A stretch of 64,000 nucleotides of DNA from positions 14,249-78,248 of the forward strand of contig JAZDOG010000102.1 of the NCBI GenBank assembly GCA_043798915.1, in the 5' to 3' direction. The stretch's first letter is position 1; every line of letters begins with the position of its first letter. The position numbers and the translations under genes were made by a program. This DNA comes from Pseudomonadota bacterium. GTDB lineage: Bacteria > UBA10199 > 2-02-FULL-44-16 > JAAZCA01. Under the pieces are notes generated by a model, which was given only the letters and a program-made list of their open reading frames with translations, searched no databases and had not been told where the DNA came from. This document shows positions 36,493 to 46,076 of this stretch, piece after piece.

Positions 36493-37497
36493 CTATAGTT
36501 TCTTGCCTATGTATTCCGTCAGCCTCAGCATCTGGTTGCAGAAGCCGATCTCGTTGTCGTACCAGGCCAGCACCTTCACCATGTTGTCGATCACCTTGGT
36601 GGACAGCGCATCGACGATGGAGGGGTGGGTCTCGCCCATGAAATCCACCGAGACGCATTCATCCTCGCAGTACGCCAGTATCCCCTTGAGCTCCCCTTCG
36701 GACGCGGCCTTCAGCGCGGAGTTCACCTCAGCTGCCGAGACGGCCTTCTTGAGGACCGCGACGAGATCGACGAGGGAGACGTTCGCCGTCGGAATGCGGA
36801 TCGCCAGTCCGTCGAGCTTGCCGGCCAGAGCCGGCAGAACGAGCCCCACGGCGCGTGCGGCGCCGGTCGTCGTCGGTATCTGGGAGACGGCCGCAGAGCG
36901 GGCGCGGCGGAGGTCCTTGTGGGGGCCGTCGACGACGCGCTGGTCGTTTGTGTAGGAGTGAACGGTCGTCATGAAGCCGCGCTCTATGCCGAACGAGTCC
37001 TGCAGAACTTTTGCGACAGGCGCCAGACAGTTGGTCGTGCAGCTGGCGGCGGAGAGGACGTGGTGCTCGGAAGGCCTGTAGCTCTCGTGATTGATGCCGA
37101 AGACAAACGTCGGCGTGTCCTTGCCCTTGCACGGCGCGGAGACGATGACCTTCTTCGCGCCCGCCGCGATGTGTTTGGAGGCGGACTCCCTGTCCGTGAA
37201 AATACCGGTGCATTCGAGCACGATGTCACAGCGTTGGTTCTTCCAGGGAAGCGCCGAGGGATCCTTCTCGCTATAGACGGGAATCGTGTGGCCATTGACG
37301 ACAAGGCCGGATTCCGAGGCCTTCACCTCGCCTTTGAACCTGCCGTGCGTGGAGTCGTACTTGAAAAGGTGGGCCATCGTAGCCGGCGGGACGATATCGT
37401 TGATCCCGACGCACTCCAAACCCTTTTTCTCCGCCATCACCCGAAGAGCCAGTCTGCCTATACGACCAAAACCGTTGATGCCTATGCGCAATGTCAT
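36493..37497 (-). CDS. gap: glyceraldehyde-3-phosphate dehydrogenase
   Basis: 334 aa; INGFGRIGR, SCTTNCLAP active site, WYDNE motif. Confidence 0.96.
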   Translation of the reverse strand: MTLRIGINGFGRIGRLALRVMAEKKGLECVGINDIVPPATMAHLFKYDSTHGRFKGEVKASESGLVVNGHTIPVYSEKDPSALPWKNQRCDIVLECTGIFTDRESASKHIAAGAKKVIVSAPCKGKDTPTFVFGINHESYRPSEHHVLSAASCTTNCLAPVAKVLQDSFGIERGFMTTVHSYTNDQRVVDGPHKDLRRARSAAVSQIPTTTGAARAVGLVLPALAGKLDGLAIRIPTANVSLVDLVAVLKKAVSAAEVNSALKAASEGELKGILAYCEDECVSVDFMGETHPSIVDALSTKVIDNMVKVLAWYDNEIGFCNQMLRLTEYIGKKL

Positions 37498-37682
37498 GAC
37501 ATGCCTCCTTTTATAGATTTTATATTAGCACAAACGCCCGTTTCTATCGAGGGCGGCGCAGTATACACCTTTGCGATTGCCCGTCAAGCCTTCGCCCGCA
37601 CATGCACAACAGGGGCTCAAATGCGGCTATTTTGCCTTTTGAATGATTGACAGGTACGCATTGGCGGGGATATGAGCCGGAC

Positions 37683-39047
37683 ATGCGTGAGTTGGGCGTG
37701 GGCGACACGATCTGCGCGATAGCGACCCCGCCGGGGCACGGCGGCATCGGGGTCGTGCGGATAAGCGGTGCGGATGCGCGCAGGGTCCTGGCTTCGGTCT
37801 GGCGCGGCCGCGTGGCGGTGTCCGATTTCGAGCCGAGGAGGCTCTACTTGGGCGATGTCGGGGTCGATCGCGTGATGGCGGTCTTCATGCCGGCGCCCGC
37901 TACCTACACCGGCGAGGATGTGGTGGAACTCTCGGCCCACGGATCCCCCGCGGTCCTCCGTCAGATCATGGAGGGCTGTCTTGCCTCCGGCGCCAGGGCG
38001 GCAGGTCCTGGAGAATTTACGAGAAGGGCGTTCGTGGCCGGCAAGCTCGACCTCGCACAGGCAGAGGGCGTCGCGGACCTCATAAACGCGACGAGCGAGA
38101 GGGCCGCGAGGCTGGCCGGCGAGCAGCTCAAAGGCGCGCTCTCGGAGAAGGTCTCCGATGCGGGGGATGCCCTCGCAACTTTGCGCGCCGAGATCGAAGC
38201 GGGGATAGATTTTCCTGAGGAAAATCTGGAGCAGCGCGCGATGGGCGATGTCATCGATCGCCTGCAAGATATTGCATCGAACCTGAAGATCCTCTCGTCG
38301 ACATATGCCGGAGGGCGCCTGATCCGCGAGGGCGCGCGCGTGGCTATCGTCGGCCGCCCGAACGCCGGCAAGTCGAGCATCTTCAACCGCCTCGCCGGCG
38401 CTGACAGGGCCATCGTCCACCATGAGCCGGGGACCACGCGCGATGTGGTGGAGGAACAGATATCGCTCGGCGGGCTTTCGTTCAGGCTCCGCGACACGGC
38501 GGGGCTTCGGGCAAACGCCGGCGAAATCGAGGCGATCGGCGTGGGCCGCGCCCGCGAGGAGATCGCCGCAGCGGATATCGTCGTAGCCGTCTTCGATGGC
38601 TCGCGCGCATGGGACGGCGAAGATGCCGAGCTCATGGCCACGCTCGATCCTCGACGATGTATCGCGGTGATCAACAAGTGCGACCTTACCCTCGCGTTCG
38701 ATCCGGAGAAACTTCCCGTGCTGAGCGGGGGCATAAAACCGCTGCATCTCTCCGCAAGGACCGGATCGGGCATCGAGTATCTTGCAAGCCAGCTCGTCGG
38801 ATGCGCCGCAGCGGATGCGGGCAAGGCCGAAGGCGTCATGGTCGCGAGCGCCAGGCACAAGGCGCTCATCGACGAGGCCCTCCTCGCCATCGACGCCGCA
38901 CAGAACTCGCTCGAAAAAGGCGAGCCGGCCGAATGCGCGGCGGCAAGAATGCTCGCCGCGCAGGATGCGCTGGGCTCCATCACGGGCAGGGTGACAACAG
39001 ACGACATCCTCGACCGGATATTCTCGACCTTCTGCATAGGCAAGTGA
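37683..39047 (+). CDS. mnmE: tRNA modification GTPase MnmE
   Basis: ORF track 37647..39047; conserved sequence begins around the ATG at 37683 ([22 protein letters not shown]). [10 protein letters not shown]1 motif, DTAG, NKCD, terminal FCIGK. Confidence 0.94.
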   Translation: MRELGVGDTICAIATPPGHGGIGVVRISGADARRVLASVWRGRVAVSDFEPRRLYLGDVGVDRVMAVFMPAPATYTGEDVVELSAHGSPAVLRQIMEGCLASGARAAGPGEFTRRAFVAGKLDLAQAEGVADLINATSERAARLAGEQLKGALSEKVSDAGDALATLRAEIEAGIDFPEENLEQRAMGDVIDRLQDIASNLKILSSTYAGGRLIREGARVAIVGRPNAGKSSIFNRLAGADRAIVHHEPGTTRDVVEEQISLGGLSFRLRDTAGLRANAGEIEAIGVGRAREEIAAADIVVAVFDGSRAWDGEDAELMATLDPRRCIAVINKCDLTLAFDPEKLPVLSGGIKPLHLSARTGSGIEYLASQLVGCAAADAGKAEGVMVASARHKALIDEALLAIDAAQNSLEKGEPAECAAARMLAAQDALGSITGRVTTDDILDRIFSTFCIGK

Positions 39048-39054
39048 GCCTAAT

Positions 39055-41025
39055 ATGAAATACGACATCATCATCATAGGCGCAGGACACGCCGGCTGCG
39101 AGGCCTCCCTCGCCGCGGCGCGGATGGGCGCCCATGTGGCGCTTGTCACGGCGAGGCGGGACACTATAGCGGCGATGAGCTGCAATCCTGCGATCGGGGG
39201 ATTGGCCAAGGGCCACATCGTCCGCGAGATAGACGCTCTCGGCGGCGAGATGGCCCGCGCCGCCGACGCCACTGGCATACAGTTTCGCCGCCTCAACATG
39301 AGCCGCGGCCCGGCGGTGCGCGCCACGCGCTGCCAGTCCGACCGAAAGCACTACCATCTCTATATGCGGGCGGCGATCGAGGCAGAGGAGAACATCGATA
39401 TCATCGAGGCTGAAGCAGTTGCGCTTTTGACAGACCCCTCCCCCTCGATGGGGGAGGGCAAGGGTGGGGGTGATCTTGGCAATCGCGGCCACCCTCACCC
39501 CGACCCTCTCCCCTCAAGGGAGAGGGAAAAGAGTGTCATCAAGGGCGTTACGATAAAAGGCACGGGAGAGGTCAACCCGAAGCAGGAACTCAGCGCATCG
39601 CGTGTCATCGTCACGACCGGTACTTTTTTAAACGGCCTGCTTCATTTCGGAATGGAATCGGGACCCGGCGGTCGCATCGGCGACCACGTCGCCGGCGGCC
39701 TCTCTGCATCGCTCGCATCGCTGGGCTTCGCGCTCGGTCGACTCAAGACCGGTACTTGTCCCAGACTCGCGCGCGACACCGTCGACTTCAGCGTCTGTGA
39801 GCGCCAAGATGGGGACGATCCACGGCCGCGCTTCTCGGACGACGATGTGGGGAATATGTTGCCTGAGCTCCCCTGTCACATCACGTACACGACGCCGGAG
39901 ACGCACGCCGTGATCCGGGCAAATCTCTCGCGCTCTCCGCTCTACAGCGGCCGCATCAGGGGAACAGGGCCCCGCTATTGCCCCTCGATCGAGGACAAGG
40001 TCGTCCGCTTCGCCGAGCGCGACCGTCACCAGCTCTTCCTTGAACCGGAGGGTATCGACACCGACTGGATCTATGTGAACGGCCTCTCGACATCACTGCC
40101 GCTGGACGCTCAGCGCGAGATGTTGAAGACGATACCGGGACTGGAGCACGCAGAGATAGTGCAACCCGGCTACGCCGTAGAATACGATTTCGTCCCTCCC
40201 ACGCAGCTCAAGGCCACGCTCGAGACAAAGCTCGTGGACGGCCTCTATCTCGCCGGACAGATCAACGGGACGTCCGGCTATGAGGAGGCGGCGGCGCAGG
40301 GGTTGATCGCCGGAATCAACGCGACGTGCGCACTGCGCAAAGAGGGCGAAATAATCCTCAGGCGTGACGAATCGTACATCGGCGTCCTCATCGACGACCT
40401 CGTCACGAAGGGAACGGACGAGCCGTACCGCATGTTCACATCGAGGGCGGAATACAGGCTCCTGCTTCGTGAGGACAACTCCGCAGAGAGGCTCTCTCCG
40501 CTGGGACGGAAGCTGGGCCTGATAAAGGACGAGAGGTGGCAAAGATTCAAAGACAGACAGGAGGCGCTGAAACGAACCATCTCGATCCTCAAGGAGACGG
40601 CGGTGGCACCCACGACGGAGACAAACGCCGCGCTCGGCGCGATGGGGAGCTCCTCGCTCAAGAAACCGGCCTGCCTCGCCGACCTCGTGGCGCGGCCCGA
40701 GCTCGGCATCAGGGAGGTCCTCTCCGCATTCGCCCCGCACGCGATCACGAAAGACTACGGAGGAATGCTGGAGAGCGCAGAGATGGACACGAAATACGCC
40801 GGCTACATCAGGGCCGACCTGGAGCGCGTCGGAAAATTCATGCATCTGGAGGAGATAGGGATTCCCGCCGACTATGAATATTCCTCTACACATGGCCTCT
40901 CGGCCGAGGCGCGCGAGAAGCTCTCGCGTATCAGGCCGGCGACTCTCGGGCAGGCCTCGCGGATTCCGGGGATCACTCCCGCGGCCATATCCGTGCTCAT
41001 GGTGGCCCTTGCGTCGAGGCGCTGA
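39055..41025 (+). CDS. mnmG: tRNA uridine 5-carboxymethylaminomethyl modification enzyme MnmG (GidA), carrying a 33-codon repeat-derived insertion
   Basis: [18 protein letters not shown] motif, [39 protein letters not shown] and the C-terminal ...[13 protein letters not shown]. See the repeat feature at 39436-39534. Confidence 0.95.
   Translation: MKYDIIIIGAGHAGCEASLAAARMGAHVALVTARRDTIAAMSCNPAIGGLAKGHIVREIDALGGEMARAADATGIQFRRLNMSRGPAVRATRCQSDRKHYHLYMRAAIEAEENIDIIEAEAVALLTDPSPSMGEGKGGGDLGNRGHPHPDPLPSREREKSVIKGVTIKGTGEVNPKQELSASRVIVTTGTFLNGLLHFGMESGPGGRIGDHVAGGLSASLASLGFALGRLKTGTCPRLARDTVDFSVCERQDGDDPRPRFSDDDVGNMLPELPCHITYTTPETHAVIRANLSRSPLYSGRIRGTGPRYCPSIEDKVVRFAERDRHQLFLEPEGIDTDWIYVNGLSTSLPLDAQREMLKTIPGLEHAEIVQPGYAVEYDFVPPTQLKATLETKLVDGLYLAGQINGTSGYEEAAAQGLIAGINATCALRKEGEIILRRDESYIGVLIDDLVTKGTDEPYRMFTSRAEYRLLLREDNSAERLSPLGRKLGLIKDERWQRFKDRQEALKRTISILKETAVAPTTETNAALGAMGSSSLKKPACLADLVARPELGIREVLSAFAPHAITKDYGGMLESAEMDTKYAGYIRADLERVGKFMHLEEIGIPADYEYSSTHGLSAEAREKLSRIRPATLGQASRIPGITPAAISVLMVALASRR
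39436..39534. repeat. triple-hairpin repeat (family-1-related variant) embedded in frame in mnmG
   Basis: cccctcccc-ctcgat-gggggaggg / caagggtgggggtgat...gccaccctcacccc / gaccctctccc-ctcaa-gggagaggg. 99 nt, translated as [33 protein letters not shown]. Confidence 0.75.
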
Positions 41026-41692
41026 TCTTTCGCACCGGAAAAAGGAACGACACTCCCCCGTTCATGATGACGTCCGCGTTGAACTTGTCGCCGGAGGGAA
41101 TAGGCGTCGGATGGAGGAGGGCGTTGACGTCGAAGCGCACCGCGAGCCACGGCAACGGAGTGTAGACCTTGATGCCCCCGCCCACCACGAAGGCGGGTTT
41201 CCATTCGTGGTTGATGTAGATCGTGCCGCCGCCAAGCGTAAAAAAGAGATCGCTGTCGATGATCGTCTTCCCGGCGCGGATGGCACAGTCGTTGCTGATC
41301 GAAACCTCGGCATCGAGTATGTGTGAATTGTTGGTCGTGAGGCTGTTGCCAAACGATGTCGAGGAGTTGGCCCTTATGTAGCTGTAGAGATACGACGCGC
41401 CGACCGAAAAGGCATTGCTGACATGGAGCATGTACCGGGCGCCCGCGTCCCAGGTGTTGAGCCACTCGTCCCCCAGATAATCCCCGCCGGAGATCTCGAT
41501 TTCGCTCTGCCATTTCTTCGAGAAGCGATCGCGGCGGTCGAGCGCCTTGTGCAGGGGCGCGAACTCCGGCCCTCCGGCCGGGGCCTCACTCGAGATTGTC
41601 GCTGGTTTGTCCTCCGACGAATGGGCAACGCCGCCCGCCAGACAGATGAGGAGCGCCGCAATCATAAATCTGTTCAGGATTTTACGAGTCAT
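40997..41692 (-). CDS. small outer-membrane beta-barrel protein
   Basis: ORF track 40997..41806. The ATG at 41692 gives the signal peptide [25 protein letters not shown]. Alternating beta-strand pattern, ends ...GGVSFLFP. Its 3' end overlaps mnmG convergently by 29 nt. Confidence 0.7.
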   Translation of the reverse strand: MTRKILNRFMIAALLICLAGGVAHSSEDKPATISSEAPAGGPEFAPLHKALDRRDRFSKKWQSEIEISGGDYLGDEWLNTWDAGARYMLHVSNAFSVGASYLYSYIRANSSTSFGNSLTTNNSHILDAEVSISNDCAIRAGKTIIDSDLFFTLGGGTIYINHEWKPAFVVGGGIKVYTPLPWLAVRFDVNALLHPTPIPSGDKFNADVIMNGGVSFLFPVRKISASTQGPP

Positions 41693-41697
41693 GGTAA

Positions 41698-43125
41698 CTA
41701 TTCGGCATACGCCTCGGCTTCCTCTTTTGCCAGCTTGCCGGACTTGGAGGCAGCGGCCGCCAGATCCTTCGTCACCTTCCAGGCGCTGCCGGGGAAGCGG
41801 TGGCACCCCTCCATCACCTGCTCGAACGCGGAGAGGAACCTCGTGACGTGCACCTCGTTCAGCACCAGAGGCGGCAGGAGCTTGACGACGTCGAGGTTAT
41901 GGCCGGCCACCTGCGTGAGTATATGGTGTTCCTTCATGAGTGGGACGACGATCATCTGCGGGAAGAGGCTCTTTGAAAGCGCATGGACCAACTTCCAGCC
42001 AGCCTTGAGCCTGAGCGATTTCGGCTCGCCGAACTCAATGCCTATCATGAGGCCCATGCCACGCACGTCCGAGAGCATTTCGAAGCGACACTGCATCGCG
42101 CGGAGCCCGTCGACGAGCAGCGAACCCATCTCCGCAGAGTTTTCAACAATTTTTTCCTCCTCGATCGCGTCGATGGCAGCGAGGCCCGCCGCCATCGCGA
42201 GGATGTTGCGGCCGAAGGTGTTGGAGTGGACCACGCAGTGTTCCATGTCGGTGAAGACGCGGTCATAGATGCTGCGCCTGTAGCAGATCGCGCCCACCGG
42301 GACGAAGCCGCCGGAGAGGGCCTTGGCCATCGTGACGATGTCGGGCTCGATCCCGAAGTGCTGGTGTGCGAACATTTTGCCCGTGCGGCCGAAGCCGGTC
42401 TGCACCTCGTCGCAGATCATGACCGCTTCGTAGCGCCGGCAGAGCGCCTGTGCCTCCGTGTAGAAGGAGCGCTCTGCGATGTAGACTCCCTTGCCCTGGA
42501 TCGGCTCGAAGACGAACGCCGCCACGTCCCCCTTTTTGAGCTCTGCCTCGAGCGCTTCGACGTCGCCCATCGGAATCTTCGTGGCCTCGAGGAGTTCGCC
42601 GAAACCTTTTCGGAATTCTTTTCCGCCGTTGAGCGAGAGAGACCCGGTGGAGAGGCCGTGAAAGGCGTGGTCCCAGAATACGATGCGGTTCTTGCCCGTG
42701 CTCTTCCGCGCGAACTTGATCGCACCCTCGTTGGCCTCCGTCCCGGAGTTCGTGAAGAAGACCGTGTCCACGCCCTCGGGCATGTGGGAGAGGAGCCTCT
42801 CGGCGAGCAACCCTGCCGCAAGCGGGGCGTCCATCTGCACCATGTTGGGATACGAGAGATCCAGCGCATCGTGGAGGGCCTTGCGAATCTTGGGGTGCGA
42901 ACGGCCGAGAGCGAAGACACCATAGCCGGCGAGCATGTCGAGGTAGGAGTTCCCCTCGCGGTCGAAGAGCAGCGCCCCCTCAGCGCGGACGTAGTCGCGG
43001 TCGAAGCCGATGGTGCGCAAAACCCTTACTAGCTGGGGATTTACGTGCCGGGCGAAGAGTTCGTGCTGACGCCCGGCGTTCTCTTCCAGAAGCTGCCTGA
43101 TATCTATCGTCATAGGCCGCAACAC
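41698..43125 (-). CDS. class-III PLP-dependent aminotransferase (acetylornithine/GABA/putrescine aminotransferase-like)
   Basis: 475 aa; ...[19 protein letters not shown]..., [28 protein letters not shown], and a TMAKALSGG lysine motif. Confidence 0.88.
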   Translation of the reverse strand: MLRPMTIDIRQLLEENAGRQHELFARHVNPQLVRVLRTIGFDRDYVRAEGALLFDREGNSYLDMLAGYGVFALGRSHPKIRKALHDALDLSYPNMVQMDAPLAAGLLAERLLSHMPEGVDTVFFTNSGTEANEGAIKFARKSTGKNRIVFWDHAFHGLSTGSLSLNGGKEFRKGFGELLEATKIPMGDVEALEAELKKGDVAAFVFEPIQGKGVYIAERSFYTEAQALCRRYEAVMICDEVQTGFGRTGKMFAHQHFGIEPDIVTMAKALSGGFVPVGAICYRRSIYDRVFTDMEHCVVHSNTFGRNILAMAAGLAAIDAIEEEKIVENSAEMGSLLVDGLRAMQCRFEMLSDVRGMGLMIGIEFGEPKSLRLKAGWKLVHALSKSLFPQMIVVPLMKEHHILTQVAGHNLDVVKLLPPLVLNEVHVTRFLSAFEQVMEGCHRFPGSAWKVTKDLAAAASKSGKLAKEEAEAYAE

Positions 43126-43168
43126 CTATCAGATGCTGACTTTGGAGGCAAGCCCCGTCAACAGCGCA

Positions 43169-43258
43169 CCCTCCCTTTGTAAGGGAGGGATGGGGAGGGT
43201 AGACCACGGATATTTCGCACGATCTACCCCCTCTAACTCCCCCTTACAAAGGGGGAGG
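43169..43258. repeat. family-1 triple-hairpin repeat, copy 5
   Basis: ccctccctttgtaagggaggg / atggggagggtagac...gatctaccccc / tctaactcccccttacaaagggggag. Confidence 0.8.
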
Positions 43259-43262
43259 ACTA

Positions 43263-44198
43263 TCATTCCAAGTGCTGGATACAGCCCTTTGTGAGGCCCA
43301 GACGGTGCAGGGCATCCTCCGCCTCGGCGAATTCTGCCTTCACGACCTTCCGACCGAGGATCGGATCGCCAACCGCCTGGTCCGCCGGAAAATACTGGCT
43401 CATGAGGTTGACCGGCACGTCGGTCGAGAGCTCGCCCGCGATGAACTCGAATACTTTTTCGGATGACGCGAAGCCTCCGGGCAACACGAGGTGGCGGATC
43501 AGGAGGCCGCGCCTGCCTATCCCCTCGCCGTCCATCTCAAGCGGCCCGACCTGCCTGAACATCTCCTTCACCGCAGGGCGGACGTGCTCCCAATAGTCCG
43601 GCGCATCCGAGCATCTCGCCGAGGCATCCCTCGTCGCATACTTGATGTCGGGCATGTAGATGTCGACCACCCCATCGAGGAGCTTGAGCGCCTGCATCCC
43701 GTCGTATCCGCTGCAGTTGTAGACGATCGGGATGCAAAGCCCTTCTTTCGCAGCGATCGCAAGCCCGGCCAGGAACTGCGGGACGACGTGCGAGGGCGTG
43801 ACGAGGTTGATGTTGTGCGCGCCGCGCTTCTGGAGATCGAGCATCATCCGCGCGAGGGCCTGCGGGGGTGCGGGCCGCCCGTGGCGAAGCCGGCTGATCG
43901 GGTAGTTCTGGCAGAAGCGGCAGTGGAGGTTGCAGCCCGTGAAGAAGATCGTGCCAGAGCCGCGCGTCCCGGATATCGGAGGCTCCTCTCCAAAATGGAG
44001 ATTCGCGCTGGCCACGCCGGCAACTTTGTCCGTCCTGCAGACTCCGGGCTTCCCATGAATGCGGTCGACCGCGCAGTCGCGAGGGCAGAGCCGGCAGCTT
44101 TTCAGCGCCGCATATGCCCGCCCAACGCGGCGGGAGAGTTCTCCTGAGGGCAAGAGGTGGAGATATGAAGGATATGATTTAGCTGAATCAGTCACCAT
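43263..44198 (-). CDS. radical SAM protein, PflX-like (pyruvate formate-lyase activase-related)
   Basis: 311 aa; N-terminal CRLCPRDCAVDR cluster and the radical SAM CNLHCRFCQN motif. Confidence 0.8.
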   Translation of the reverse strand: MVTDSAKSYPSYLHLLPSGELSRRVGRAYAALKSCRLCPRDCAVDRIHGKPGVCRTDKVAGVASANLHFGEEPPISGTRGSGTIFFTGCNLHCRFCQNYPISRLRHGRPAPPQALARMMLDLQKRGAHNINLVTPSHVVPQFLAGLAIAAKEGLCIPIVYNCSGYDGMQALKLLDGVVDIYMPDIKYATRDASARCSDAPDYWEHVRPAVKEMFRQVGPLEMDGEGIGRRGLLIRHLVLPGGFASSEKVFEFIAGELSTDVPVNLMSQYFPADQAVGDPILGRKVVKAEFAEAEDALHRLGLTKGCIQHLE

Positions 44199-44640
44199 AC
44201 GACTCTGTTATGATCTGTCCGGCCTTGTAGTCGATGGTCACGCGGAACTGCCTGAAAAAATCGAGGCCAATGAGCGCGTCGATGCCCCAGGATTTTTCAA
44301 AGTGAGAGACATAGACCGCCAGACTCTTCATCGCACAAGAACATGCTTCTATATGAGGCAAAACAATTTGGCCGTATTTTTGGGTCTGCAATCCTGGTTT
44401 CAATTGAACATTCGGGTTTGTGTCCTCAAGGAAACCAAGATGTTGGAGAACTTCGTCAGAAAATTCTGTAGATGGGGCCCCTGTATCGAGAAGCGCAATA
44501 CAATCTCGTTTCCTGCCATTCTTACCTTCTACATAAATTTGAAGGAGGATATATCGACCCTGAGTATCAAACGCCGTGACATTGCGCATGGGCCCTCCAC
44601 CCCCCAGGAAACTGGCTTTCTCCTGTATATCGAAAAGCAC
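44188..44640 (-). CDS. single-domain retropepsin-like aspartic protease
   Basis: ALLDTGAPSTEFS active-site motif and ALIGLDFFRQF. ~130-150 aa (alternative ATG at 44589). Overlaps the PflX-like start by 11 nt and the upstream DUF5678-like gene. Confidence 0.75.
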   Translation of the reverse strand: MLFDIQEKASFLGGGGPMRNVTAFDTQGRYILLQIYVEGKNGRKRDCIALLDTGAPSTEFSDEVLQHLGFLEDTNPNVQLKPGLQTQKYGQIVLPHIEACSCAMKSLAVYVSHFEKSWGIDALIGLDFFRQFRVTIDYKAGQIITESYGD

Positions 44641-44809
44641 AGTCCTTATCTATCGCAGGCAATTGGTAAACCTCGTTCTTTTCGATAGAATGCCTTTGCA
44701 CCACCCCCTCAACTATACAACCAAGCGAATTGGTCTTATAGTCGGTGATCAGCAACCACTCGTCCGGATACGCCTTCTTCATCTCTTCCCAAGTCATCCT
44801 TTGACCCAT
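44567..44809 (-). CDS. DUF5678-like small protein (usual partner of small retropepsin-like proteases)
   Basis: MTWEEMKKAYPDEWLLI...VVQRHSIEKNEVYQLPAIDKDCAFRYTGES matches the remembered DUF5678 pattern (MTWEE..KYP.QWV.I...H....DEVY.......F...YTGE). Confidence 0.65.
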   Translation of the reverse strand: MGQRMTWEEMKKAYPDEWLLITDYKTNSLGCIVEGVVQRHSIEKNEVYQLPAIDKDCAFRYTGESQFPGGWRAHAQCHGV

Positions 44810-44902
44810 GACGTCCTCCTTCTTGTTCGATCTTGCCCAATTCTACGGCTGTGGCCGTTTACTTATCAAGGAGAATTTCGGAACTATCCGTCACTACAAA
44901 TT

Positions 44903-45175
44903 TTACGCTGCCCGTTTATTGAACACAGCCTTTTCAAGTTTCTGCAGCCTCTCCATGATTGTCGAGGTTTCATCCACAAGTATTTGTCGAAGCATTTGAT
45001 TGAGGACTGTCTGATACCTTCCCCCAGATTTGTTCGCCAATTCCTTCAGGGCCTTAAGAACGTCCTCATCAAGATACGTTGTCACGCGAATCTTTGTGCC
45101 GCGAAGCTCATACCTAGACATTTTTGGCCCGGATATTCTTTTCATCTTATTTGGATCTGGAATTTTCTTTTTCAT
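44903..45175 (-). CDS. brnA: BrnA-type antitoxin (CopG/RHH-like)
   Basis: ORF track 44903..45250; likely start at the ATG at 45175 (MKKKIPDPNK...). C-terminal ...RVTTYLDEDVLKALKELANKSGGRYQTVLNQMLRQIL is the typical BrnA end. Confidence 0.75.
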   Translation of the reverse strand: MKKKIPDPNKMKRISGPKMSRYELRGTKIRVTTYLDEDVLKALKELANKSGGRYQTVLNQMLRQILVDETSTIMERLQKLEKAVFNKRAA

Positions 45176-45452
45176 AAAATTTCCTCCATTTGCGCCACCT
45201 GGCGGCGCCGAATATTCTGACGGTCTTCCCTCTGACGGTATAACGCACAATGATCACTGTGCCTTTTAACGTTTTTCCCACAGCATAGAACCTGTCTTCC
45301 TCTGATGAATGTTTTTCATCTTCCAAATGTATAACCTTCGGATCAGCGAATACCTCAATTGCCTCCCGAAACATCACCTTATGTTTGGAAACATTCTTCA
45401 GCTCTCTATAAATGTCCCACTCAAAAGCCAAGCTCATACTATGATTATACAT
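45147..45452 (-). CDS. brnT: BrnT-type toxin (DUF497)
   Basis: FEWDIYRELKNVSKHKVMFREAIEVFADPKVIHLEDEKHSSEEDRFYAVGKT...VRIFGAARW matches the BrnT signature (FEWD..K...N..KH.V.F.EA..VF.DP). Confidence 0.85.
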   Translation of the reverse strand: MYNHSMSLAFEWDIYRELKNVSKHKVMFREAIEVFADPKVIHLEDEKHSSEEDRFYAVGKTLKGTVIIVRYTVRGKTVRIFGAARWRKWRKFYEKENSRSK

Positions 45453-45576
45453 ATATTATATGTATAATGTCAATGTCCTTATTGAGATTGCACCGGAAGC
45501 TTGGGCTCTAAATAAAGCTCGACAATTAAGCTCAATATAGGTAATCTTTAACCAATATTAAGGCCATTCTGCTTCA

Positions 45577-45954
45577 ATGGAAGCGCAAATGAAACATTTA
45601 ATCGTGTCACTGAAGACTTCAGATGAAGTCCTCGATGAATTCAAGAAGGCTTTCCGCAAGGCCAAAAAGGGGAAAGTTAAAACTCCTCATTTTGAAATCA
45701 GCTTCGACAATAAAAGAGACTTCGACCGATTCGTGCGTAATCTCTATATCTTGAAATACATCCTCATTTTCAAACCGAAGTCGGTCTATGAGTTGGCCAA
45801 GATAGCCAAGATCGATGTGTCGAATTTGAACAAGGTAATGCTTTTCTTCGAAGAAGTAGGGGCCATCAAGGTCAAGACGATTAAAACATCCGGCCGCGAA
45901 GTCAAAACGCCCACGGTGGCATACGACGCCATAGAATTTAAACTGACGGCTTGA
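45577..45954 (+). CDS. predicted winged-helix DNA-binding protein (COG4190/antitoxin-like), no adjacent partner
   Basis: 125 aa (alternative ATG at 45589). ...ISFDNKRDFDRFV.....YILIFKPKSVYELAKIAKIDVSNLNKVMLFFEEVGAIKV resembles the HTH antitoxin-like family usually paired with a small toxin gene. Confidence 0.6.
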   Translation: MEAQMKHLIVSLKTSDEVLDEFKKAFRKAKKGKVKTPHFEISFDNKRDFDRFVRNLYILKYILIFKPKSVYELAKIAKIDVSNLNKVMLFFEEVGAIKVKTIKTSGREVKTPTVAYDAIEFKLTA

Positions 45955-46076
45955 GACACGTGGCAGGCCCCAACTGCTCCGGGACCGATGGTTCGAGACT
46001 GATGGTTGACAGTCAGTTGTTTTTATTAATCAGCTGCGCAAAGAGACTGTCTGGTGTCCAAACTTGATCCTTCTTT

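Noticed and set aside
37617-39326. 569-aa minus-strand ORF antisense to mnmE and the mnmG 5' end. Similar long shadow ORFs occur at 764-1780, 4196-5029, 23957-24925, 25715-26668, 33051-34172, 34704-36173, 36625-37650, 41983-43032, 49344-50699 and 54717-55460.
   Set aside because: All are Arg/Ala/Gly/Pro-rich with no motifs and lie entirely inside strongly conserved genes on the other strand or in another frame. This is the typical stop-codon depletion of high-GC DNA, not real genes.
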